A stretch of 64,000 nucleotides of DNA. Source: a virus. Positions 57,059 through 64,000 of this stretch are shown piece by piece. The stretch's first letter is position 1. Each line of letters opens with the position of its first letter. The notes below the pieces were generated by a model that ran no database searches, had not been told where the DNA came from, and was given only the letters and a program-made list of their open reading frames with translations. The stretch spans positions 1 through 64,000 of the IMG/VR virus record IMGVR_UViG_3300010354_000002. The stretch is one strand, 5' to 3'. The translations under genes and the position numbers were made by a program.

Positions 57059-57349
57059 TTAATCGTAGTCAGGCTGGCTGCGATAGTCGTCGTACTTGCG
57101 CACGGCTTCGTCTATGTCGTATTGATCTAGGTTTACGACTGCGAGTGCGGTATCCCATGGCAACGCTCGCTCGTCAGACCATCCATGCTCACGGCTATTT
57201 GGGGTGACGATGCAGTATTCGGCGACGGCCCTCAATTCCTTAGGGTAGAACGTCACCAGCATCAGCACCTTGTGGCTATTACCGGCTTCAGCCGTTGCCA
57301 CATATTGAAGATACTGCCCATCGAACCCGCCCACTGATTCTATAGTCAT
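57059..57349 (-). CDS. Hypothetical protein
   Basis: GAGGA RBS. Confidence 0.7.
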   Translation of the reverse strand: MTIESVGGFDGQYLQYVATAEAGNSHKVLMLVTFYPKELRAVAEYCIVTPNSREHGWSDERALPWDTALAVVNLDQYDIDEAVRKYDDYRSQPDYD

Positions 57350-57374
57350 ATTGTGATCCTCTCTTTGCCTGCAA

Positions 57375-57402
57375 AGGGCAGGAGGCCGAAGCCTCCTGCC
57401 CT
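57375..57402 (-). terminator. Hairpin / possible terminator (TTCG loop)
   Basis: GGGCAGGAGGC-TTCG-GCCTCCTGCCC-TTT. Confidence 0.6.
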
Positions 57403-57407
57403 GCCAT

Positions 57408-57602
57408 TCAGGCTTCGTCGTCTGCCGTGTGTTGCCCGGGCACGGTCACAAGACCGGCTTCGATGAGGGCTTGGGCAGTCCGCCCATAGTGCCCCTGCAA
57501 CGTCCACGCCAACCCCGAGTCCACGAGGGACTGGAACAGGGCGACGACCTCCTCTTCGTTCAGTTCGCCCTGCTCGTACGCAATGATGTCGTTGATAATC
57601 AT
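57408..57602 (-). CDS. Conserved phage small protein
   Basis: IIAYEQGEL…LAWTLQGHYGRTA motif. Confidence 0.75.
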   Translation of the reverse strand: MIINDIIAYEQGELNEEEVVALFQSLVDSGLAWTLQGHYGRTAQALIEAGLVTVPGQHTADDEA

Positions 57603-57616
57603 GGTTCTTGCCTTTC

Positions 57617-57865
57617 TCAAATGTAGGGCAACGGCTTTACCAGCCCGTTGTCCCGAATAGCCTTGGCGATCTCTGCGGATGCCTGATTGCGGGGATCGAA
57701 GAAGTTGGCATCGTGATCCTCGGCGAGGTCTTCAACGATGGCCAGAAAATTACGGAACAGGTTCTGCTTCTCGGTGCGATGCAGCGCGCGGAAGCCGAAC
57801 TTGGCTTCGGTGGTAGACAGTCGGCTGGCCTCTGCCAGCAACTCGTACGAGTCTCTTGGTTCCAT
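57617..57865 (-). CDS. Hypothetical protein
   Basis: GAAAGGA RBS; HRTEKQ…DPRN…LPYI. Confidence 0.7.
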   Translation of the reverse strand: MEPRDSYELLAEASRLSTTEAKFGFRALHRTEKQNLFRNFLAIVEDLAEDHDANFFDPRNQASAEIAKAIRDNGLVKPLPYI

Positions 57866-57959
57866 TCTAGAATCCTTTCAGGTTACCGGGGCGATCAGCA
57901 ACTAAGTTCTGCGAATCGCCCCGTGGAGAGATACTACTACGCCTGTTCGGCGTTGTCAA
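57866..57959 (-). promoter_or_regulatory. Early promoter with extended leader hairpin
   Basis: TTGACA-17-TAGTAT; CGGGGCGAT…GCAGAAC…ATCGCCCCG. Confidence 0.75.
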
Positions 57960-59736
57960 GGCCACGCTTGGAAAAATACAGGGAGATTTGCAACCCTATC
58001 CAATGCATCACGTTGACGGACATGGAGTTGCCCAAGGCCTTGTATCTACTGGAGTCGGCTGTGTTTTCCGCTATGGCGGTGTAGTTGTCCGGGAAACCTT
58101 GGAGGCGTTCGCACTCGACCGGGGTTAGGCGTCGCACCGCCATCGTCTGTTGAACATAGTTTGTCTGCTTCATTCCTGACTGTGCAGCCAGTGCCCCTAC
58201 TATTGATCCATCACCGTTTATATAACGTACTTCGTCTCTGGTGTTTTGCGTGAACGCCATCGGCTGTTGCACGGATTCGATGATTCCTATTCCCTGATGC
58301 GAGGTATCGGAATGGCCTCCAGCCGATAGGCAGTCGGTCCTATCTCCGGTGATCCATGCAGGCTGGTTTGAGTAGCCGGAATGGGTGAACGCCACGGGCT
58401 GTTGCACGGCTACGCCTTGAGTCGCCATGCTGTCCAGCGTGTAGGCTGGATCGCCTATGCTACCTATGCCCAATCCGTTTTGGTTTTTGTCCACGTCACG
58501 ACAATCCTGCAACGGGATCGCAACCGGCTGTGGCACCATAACGCCTACATGATGTCCAGCGTTGCCGCCTGACACGCCTCGTATGGTCGGCGACATGTCG
58601 TGCATCGGATCGGCAGTGCTACCGGTTGGGTCAAAGCCAATTACCGCATTGCCTTCGGAACCCTGCATATTGATCATGGCGACCGGCTGTGGCACCACAA
58701 CCGCTGGTTGGTGTCCATGCGTTTCACTCAGCAATGTCCCTGTGATGCCGTCCGTACTGACCTGCATCACACTACCGCCCTGATCCATCAAGCAAATCGG
58801 CTGTTGCACCAGAGGGGTGTTGTTCCCGCCGGTGCCCCATCGCGCCGCCACGGTTGGGCATTGTTCCACCGGTCCCGTGATCCGAGAGTCGGTCGGGTGC
58901 GATTCGTACACGGCGGATTCGATCACCCATGCAGGATTCTGCGTTTCACCGCCTCCGCCGGTATTGCGAATTATGGTCTTCGACAGTTCATCTTCTTTGA
59001 AGTCTCCGATGTTGGCAGTGAACGTGGCGCGAGATTCAGGCCATTTCATTGTTCCGGAGGCGTCGTCTTGACCATGCTTTCCAACGCATGCCGAAGCATC
59101 TCCGGCAAAGTCTTGTCCCTGCTCTCGGCCCGACGCAAGATGCCTGCGCAGGCTCGGGACGAGAGATAGTATTTCTGCGGCGTCTCGTGGGTCGCCTGAA
59201 GCACAGCCGACAACGAAGATCCTCCGGCGTCGTTGAGGCACTGGGTTTTCGTGCCGTGCCCCTCGGTGCATTGCACACCTTCCCACCCGTGGGCTGTCAA
59301 GCACTCGGTAGCACCACCCATACCCCAATTGCCCCAGCCCTGAGAGGAACGCAGCGAAATCTCGCCCCTTGTTACTGCTAAGGACTCCGGGCACGTTTTC
59401 CCATACGCAAACCTGTGGTCTAACGAGATCAACCAGCCCAAGATAGACAAGTGCGAGGTTTCCCCGGGGGTCTTCAAGTCCTTGTCGCAATCCTGCCACG
59501 CTGAAACTTTGGCAGGGCGTGCCTCCCACAATGACATCTGCTGATCCTTTTCCAATTCCCCACTCCTTGTATTTGGTCAAATCTCCGTAGTTCGGCACGT
59601 CTGGATAATAGTGTTTCAACACCTTGCACGGGAATGGCTCAATCTCGGAAAAACCGACAGGCTGCCAGCCCAGATGATGCCATGCCATCGTTGCCGCCTC
59701 AATGCCACTGCAAACGCTCAGATACCTAATTGACAT
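57937..59736 (-). CDS. DNA cytosine-C5 methyltransferase
   Basis: SVCSGIEA, GGTPCQSFS, WENVPG, PQRRRR, RRLTPVECERLQGFP and ALGNS motifs. Confidence 0.92.
   Translation of the reverse strand: MSIRYLSVCSGIEAATMAWHHLGWQPVGFSEIEPFPCKVLKHYYPDVPNYGDLTKYKEWGIGKGSADVIVGGTPCQSFSVAGLRQGLEDPRGNLALVYLGLVDLVRPQVCVWENVPGVLSSNKGRDFAAFLSGLGQLGYGWCYRVLDSPRVGRCAMHRGARHENPVPQRRRRIFVVGCASGDPRDAAEILSLVPSLRRHLASGREQGQDFAGDASACVGKHGQDDASGTMKWPESRATFTANIGDFKEDELSKTIIRNTGGGGETQNPAWVIESAVYESHPTDSRITGPVEQCPTVAARWGTGGNNTPLVQQPICLMDQGGSVMQVSTDGITGTLLSETHGHQPAVVVPQPVAMINMQGSEGNAVIGFDPTGSTADPMHDMSPTIRGVSGGNAGHHVGVMVPQPVAIPLQDCRDVDKNQNGLGIGSIGDPAYTLDSMATQGVAVQQPVAFTHSGYSNQPAWITGDRTDCLSAGGHSDTSHQGIGIIESVQQPMAFTQNTRDEVRYINGDGSIVGALAAQSGMKQTNYVQQTMAVRRLTPVECERLQGFPDNYTAIAENTADSSRYKALGNSMSVNVMHWIGLQISLYFSKRGLDNAEQA
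59046..59555 (-). CDS. Overprinted alternative-frame methyltransferase subunit (M.EcoHK31I beta-like)
   Basis: Nested in another frame; SSLSAVL…KYYLSSRACAGILRRA motif; AAGGAG upstream of a TTG start. Confidence 0.65.
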   Translation of the reverse strand: MEKDQQMSLWEARPAKVSAWQDCDKDLKTPGETSHLSILGWLISLDHRFAYGKTCPESLAVTRGEISLRSSQGWGNWGMGGATECLTAHGWEGVQCTEGHGTKTQCLNDAGGSSLSAVLQATHETPQKYYLSSRACAGILRRAESRDKTLPEMLRHALESMVKTTPPEQ

Positions 59737-59996
59737 TCGACTAGAATCTCCTCCGATGGAACACCGTAGAAAGCCACGACGAACGCCTTGGCCTCATCTG
59801 CGGTGAAGTCGCAATACCGACGAATTGTCACCATATGATCATGGAAACCCTTGCAAATCTCGGCCTTGTTCTCTTCCGTCAGGATTTGCGGTTGCGCCAC
59901 ACAGCGTGGGCCGTACCGTAGCGTCGCCACCATGGGCCTGCCGTCGGAATCGTGAACTCGTGCCCCAATAATTGGAACGAATAGGCTCTCTTGCAT
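59718..59996 (-). CDS. Hypothetical protein
   Basis: GAGGGA RBS. Confidence 0.6.
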   Translation of the reverse strand: MQESLFVPIIGARVHDSDGRPMVATLRYGPRCVAQPQILTEENKAEICKGFHDHMVTIRRYCDFTADEAKAFVVAFYGVPSEEILVECQLGI

Positions 59997-60235
59997 GTGG
60001 TGTCCCTCGTAATTCTTTCCTGCTCAATTGCGCACAGGATATAAGTCGCCCACACGCTGGCGGACGGATGCGTCGGGTCAGCCAGCAACTGGCGATAAAA
60101 CAAATCGGCTCGGTAACGACTCTTGTCGTTCGTCAGGCATGTCAACTTGAATCCAGACACTGCCTCCAGAACAGTAGCGACTGGTTTTGGAACGGAGATT
60201 GTGTCCCCGTCGGTTGAATTGTAGATAGTCCGCAT
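59879..60235 (-). CDS. Hypothetical protein
   Basis: AAGGAGG RBS; TTGCAC-17-TATGCT promoter at 60256-60284. Confidence 0.6.
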   Translation of the reverse strand: MRTIYNSTDGDTISVPKPVATVLEAVSGFKLTCLTNDKSRYRADLFYRQLLADPTHPSASVWATYILCAIEQERITRDTTCKRAYSFQLLGHEFTIPTAGPWWRRYGTAHAVWRNRKS

Positions 60236-60313
60236 AAGGTTCCTCCTTGGCAAGCAGCATACCACCGTTGTCAATATAGTGCAATAGGCACGGTGTGAGT
60301 GTATGATGGCGTC

Positions 60314-60868
60314 ATGGCACAGTATTCACTAGACCTACCCGTCGTCACCATCCCCGAATCGGGGTCGAAGCACGTCCTGCCCACAGAGAAGGAGTTGCGT
60401 CTGGAAAGGGACGCAGCGGAAGGCAATATCAAGGATCTGGATCGTCGAATTGAGACCAACGAAGCAAAACTGGCTACCGCAGAGGGCGATGAGGTCAAGG
60501 CAACGAAAGAGGAAGCCGAACTGTTGCAACGTCAGCATAGGCTGGCTACGCAGATCAAGGACAAACTAGACGTTGCAATTGCCAATCGCGAGGCAATCAT
60601 TGCTACGGCGGAAGTAGTAACAGTGTCGGTTCGCGTGCCAACCTACGACGAACTGTCAAAGGCCGAGAGCCTGTATCGAACGTTGGAGGGTGATCGGTTC
60701 GTGACCGACCGTGGGAAGGTAATCCAGCATCTTATGAGGGCGTGTGCGCCTGATGTTGCTTCGCTGCACCCTGTCGTGGGCCGCCATGTTGAACGATGGC
60801 TCATGCGTGCAGTGTGGCCGGAGGAGGAACTGCTCCCTTTTTGGTACATCGCGCTCAACAGGTCTTAA
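60314..60868 (+). CDS. Tail assembly chaperone (G)
   Basis: Upstream of the tape measure; slippery C CCT TTT near the 3' end. Confidence 0.7.
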   Translation: MAQYSLDLPVVTIPESGSKHVLPTEKELRLERDAAEGNIKDLDRRIETNEAKLATAEGDEVKATKEEAELLQRQHRLATQIKDKLDVAIANREAIIATAEVVTVSVRVPTYDELSKAESLYRTLEGDRFVTDRGKVIQHLMRACAPDVASLHPVVGRHVERWLMRAVWPEEELLPFWYIALNRS

Positions 60869-61035
60869 AAGGCGAAGACGCAGGGGCTGAATTGCCATAT
60901 GAGGTTCACATGTTCCTTCAATGGATCAACAATAGTCTCCCCGTTGCAAGCCCTACACTGTTGGATGCGCGAACGGCGCAGATCATCGAACTGATTCGAC
61001 AGGAATGCGAACTGGAAGGACTGTTGCAGAAATGA
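60835..61035 (+). CDS. -1 frameshift extension of the chaperone (GT)
   Basis: CCCTTTT at 60835-60841 leads into the open -1 frame PFLVHRAQQ…LLQK*. Confidence 0.7.
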   Translation, partial: PFLVHRAQQVLKGEDAGAELPYEVHMFLQWINNSLPVASPTLLDARTAQIIELIRQECELEGLLQK

Positions 61036-61232
61036 AGACACCGCAACTTAGCCAACTAGCCAAATGGGCGATTCGACAGAGTCTCGGCACCGTGCGTGGA
61101 AATGAGATGATCTCGCTGATTGAACTTGTTATCAAGGCTGGAGAAAAGGCGGCTACCAGCACTGGCAACGGTGTAACGTCTGTACAATGTGTGTACACGC
61201 CGATTAATAACAATGACGAAAACGAAACTTGA
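61032..61232 (+). CDS. Small hypothetical protein
   Basis: ATGA overlap with the GT stop. Confidence 0.55.
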   Translation: MKTPQLSQLAKWAIRQSLGTVRGNEMISLIELVIKAGEKAATSTGNGVTSVQCVYTPINNNDENET

Positions 61233-61263
61233 CAACGGCTGGAAGATGCCGTAGAGTCTGGTC

Positions 61264-61332
61264 AGGGTTTGGTTCGCATTGATTCTGAGCGAGCCACTTA
61301 TTCGGGGTCGGCAATCGCCGGCCCCTTTTTTT
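61264..61332 (+). ncRNA. Candidate small RNA with its own promoter and terminator
   Basis: TTGACA(61229)-17-TAGAGT; hairpin GGTTCGC…GCGAGCC; terminator GGGGTCGGC-AATC-GCCGGCCCC-T7. Confidence 0.6.
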
Positions 61333-61369
61333 GTCTTTAGGGCGTTGTTAGTATCGGTACAATGCGCTC

Positions 61370-64000
61370 ATGGCCGACATTCGTATTTCCACGCAGGTAG
61401 AGGGTCTGCAGCAGGCTCTGTCCGACATCCAGACGCTCCGCTCGCAGTTGGAAGCACTGGGCACCATGAATGTTGGTGGCGGTGGCGGGACTGGTGGCGG
61501 AGGTGGAATGCAGGGTGGCGGAGGAGGCGGTGCCGCTGGAACTTCTTCTGCGGGAACTGTGCCTATACCGCCGTCTTTCCCGGGTCAAAACAGCGCAGGA
61601 AATGGATCATCGACTCCAGCGCAACAAACCGGTCCTGCACCTACTAATACTCCAGTAAATACGCAGTCACAAAACCATTTGCAACAGGCTGTTCATGCCG
61701 ATCAGGTCCAAGCCAACATGCTTGCGGCAGGAGAGAATGTTGCCAAGGCTGCATTGCAAGGTGGACAAATGGTTGCCGGGGCCACTGGGATTGCAGGCGG
61801 CTTTGGCTTTCAAATGGCCGCTCAGTTCGGACAGCAGAGTTTCCTGCATATATCAGAGTCGGTGAATCATTTGAGAGATATGGCGTCCACGTTGCGTGAA
61901 CTGCGCGGGACGGGGGCAAATAGCATATCTTCTCTACTTACTGCACAACAATCGGCAACAGCGAATTTTCTTGCGGTTGAGGATGCCGCTCGAAAGGGCT
62001 GGGCCGATGGGCCAACCCTTGAGGCGGCACGGAAGGCAGAAATTGCGGCTATAGAGAAGTTAATGGCTGCCCGTGCCGGTGTAGGAGCGTCAACCATGGG
62101 GATGTTGCAAGGTGCTGCGGGGCTGGGCCTTGGCGTTCTCGGGGCAGGTGCGGCAATTGGAGCCGGTTATGTAGCAGGGAACATGGCCGCTGGTGCGTAT
62201 ACGGCAATGGAGATGGAAGCCGAAATGATTCGCGACGAGCCAAGTCGTGAATATATGAGGGCAGTAGGCAACAGGCTGGGACTTGGGCTGGATACAAGGG
62301 CCGAGGAGATTGCCATTGCGCGTAGTAGGCAGGGTTATGGGCAGCGAATCGCCAATATCAACGCCTTCGGGGCTAGTTTTGAAGGCAAATTTCTAGACTT
62401 CTTTTCAGGGGGGTTTACTGCGGCTAAAAGGCGCGAAAGAATCATTGAACTTGAGGATCGGCAAGCAAGGGAAGAGACACGCATTCTCGAAATTGAGGCT
62501 CCAACCATGGAGTTGCAACGCCTTTTCGCAAACGGTGGCAGCAAGGAAGACTGGAATCGCTATAGGCAACGTCTAGGTAGTGCTGGACCTCGTGGAAAAG
62601 ATGAGATCATCCGCAATCAAGCCGTTGCAATGATGGGGGCGGAGATAGGGCTTGGTGCCGAAGGAATGGTTGGCGCATTCACGAACTCTGGCCTGAGCGA
62701 TATAGATCGCCTGACCACAGAGGAACGTACAAAGGCACTCGCGAGCATTGGTGTCCAGTCATATACAAACCTCGGAATTCGCGGTTCGTTGAACACTATG
62801 GTCTCAGGCAATCTGAATGCCGCATTGGCCAGCCTAGACTTTGATGCAATACGGTCTTTTGGTGCAGTATCTGCTGGGCTGCAAGGAAAGCAAGGCACTG
62901 TTGCATCGGATACCGAATATCGCCGTATACAACAAATTCAAGAAGAGTTGGTAAAACTGGACTACAACCAAAACATAGGCATGGGCCAGCGGCAGGTCAA
63001 TCAATCCGAGATTGGTGCTATACGTTCCGGCGTTATGGGTGTTGGAGCATCAACTGACGCCGCAATCTTCAATATCTACGGTAAACAGGCCGCCACGTAT
63101 CAACCACAGATCGAAATGCTTCGGCGGCAAATCCAGTTGACTGCCGGGAATCCGCTTGTTCAACAACAATACATTGCGGAATTGAATAACGTCATGGGTG
63201 CGCAGTTGCAAGCCAATGATCAACAGTTCGGCTTTATGGATATGGTCGGTCGTCAACAGGAGCGGCTAACAGGTGCAGCAGCAGGAGCCGGGGTTACCGA
63301 GGCCATGCTGTTTGGCTCTATGGGCGACAGGGCTTCGGCGATCCGAGGGACCGTCGACCCATACCGTATGGCTGCAGGACGACTTGAGGCACAGATGCAA
63401 CGCATGATGACCGGGCAGGAATCCTACACCGAGGAAAAATACCGGGATGTAATGACGCAACTGATTCAGGCACAAGAAGGACTTGTCAAGAGCACGATTA
63501 ATGCCGAAAAGGCAGTATTTGGTCTGTCGTACACTTTTGAGCAATCCCGGCAACAGATTTCGGGTGCGCAAGCGTCAACGCAACTGATCAAGGGCTATGG
63601 TGGCGTCGGGGCGTCTTCGGACTACTTGGACATGCAAAACGCCAATCAGAACATACTCAGCACCGCTGAGTCGGAGTTGCAGAAATACCGATCCATGGGG
63701 CTTGCAGAGGACTCGCAAGAGGTCATGGGGGCAAAGCAACGCATTGCCAATGCCAAGATGGAAATTGCAAAGATGCCGCAAACCATCATCAATGCCCCGT
63801 TCAGGGCAGAAACCACCGAGGCGGTTGCTGAAAGCCAATTCGCCTTGCAGATGGTCGGCATGCTCCCCGGTGGGTTTGGCATTCGTCGTGAACTGATGGG
63901 GTCCGCGATTGGCGGTCTTGGGCGAGAGCGTCAAGAACTGGATCAGCAACTGGAAATTGCGCGTCAGGCTGCTGGGGGCGAGTTGTCTCCCGGTGACATG
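61370..64000 (+). CDS. Tape measure protein (partial, runs off the window)
   Basis: Hand translation of the N-terminal part (MADIRISTQVEGLQQALSDIQ…) is Ala/Gly/Gln-rich and helical; absent from the ORF track, as expected if there is no in-window stop; follows the G/GT chaperone. Confidence 0.8.
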   Translation, partial: MADIRISTQVEGLQQALSDIQTLRSQLEALGTMNVGGGGGTGGGGGMQGGGGGGAAGTSSAGTVPIPPSFPGQNSAGNGSSTPAQQTGPAPTNTPVNTQSQNHLQQAVHADQVQANMLAAGENVAKAALQGGQMVAGATGIAGGFGFQMAAQFGQQSFLHISESVNHLRDMASTLRELRGTGANSISSLLTAQQSATANFLAVEDAARKGWADGPTLEAARKAEIAAIEKLMAARAGVGASTMGMLQGAAGLGLGVLGAGAAIGAGYVAGNMAAGAYTAMEMEAEMIRDEPSREYMRAVGNRLGLGLDTRAEEIAIARSRQGYGQRIANINAFGASFEGKFLDFFSGGFTAAKRRERIIELEDRQAREETRILEIEAPTMELQRLFANGGSKEDWNRYRQRLGSAGPRGKDEIIRNQAVAMMGAEIGLGAEGMVGAFTNSGLSDIDRLTTEERTKALASIGVQSYTNLGIRGSLNTMVSGNLNAALASLDFDAIRSFGAVSAGLQGKQGTVASDTEYRRIQQIQEELVKLDYNQNIGMGQRQVNQSEIGAIRSGVMGVGASTDAAIFNIYGKQAATYQPQIEMLRRQIQLTAGNPLVQQQYIAELNNVMGAQLQANDQQFGFMDMVGRQQERLTGAAAGAGVTEAMLFGSMGDRASAIRGTVDPYRMAAGRLEAQMQRMMTGQESYTEEKYRDVMTQLIQAQEGLVKSTINAEKAVFGLSYTFEQSRQQISGAQASTQLIKGYGGVGASSDYLDMQNANQNILSTAESELQKYRSMGLAEDSQEVMGAKQRIANAKMEIAKMPQTIINAPFRAETTEAVAESQFALQMVGMLPGGFGIRRELMGSAIGGLGRERQELDQQLEIARQAAGGELSPGDM

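Noticed and set aside
60246-60274. TTGACAAC at 60269-60274 as another cassette promoter
   Set aside because: No -10 box at 16-18 bp; TTGCAC-17-TATGCT (60284-60256) fits better and no leader hairpin is present.
61264-61332. tRNA suggested by GGTTCG
   Set aside because: No cloverleaf, acceptor stem or CCA could be built; kept only as an sRNA candidate.
1-64000. Stop-codon reassignment
   Set aside because: Multi-kilobase ORFs are intact and densely packed in the standard code, and all three stop codons end genes.

Overview
A 64-kb segment of a large tailed dsDNA phage genome (standard genetic code; no tRNA, rRNA, CRISPR array or integrase seen; terminase and portal lie outside the window). Virion genes on the + strand fall in four blocks: giant head-associated proteins and an SNF2-type helicase (1-18.3 kb); protease, scaffold, a Herelleviridae/SPO1-Twort-type major capsid protein, neck and tail tube (19.6-27.2 kb); fibre and hub proteins (45.9-56.6 kb); and a frameshifting tail chaperone plus a partial tape measure (60.3-64 kb). 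Between them are mostly minus-strand early and replication islands encoding ThyX, dUTPase, a pyrimidine-dimer glycosylase, a replication initiator, SSAP and Gam-like proteins, a C5 methyltransferase and many small ORFs. Highlights: (i) seven diverged copies of one uncharacterised E/Q-x-Q-S/N-D domain, four of them in two polyproteins and bracketed by hydrophobic-K-[A/S/G] motifs also present in the capsid, scaffold and protease, suggesting a protease-matured, capsid-packaged effector set; (ii) about 13 sigma70-type promoters, about 11 of them in promoter/hairpin/RBS cassettes with covarying stems and often an AGAA loop; (iii) a twin-hairpin RNA with anti-Shine-Dalgarno loops upstream of the replication initiator; (iv) 3-4 tandem DUF2829/Tad2-like genes; (v) a methyltransferase with an overprinted subunit; (vi) a candidate 70-nt sRNA. 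All family assignments come from motif recognition, not database searches.
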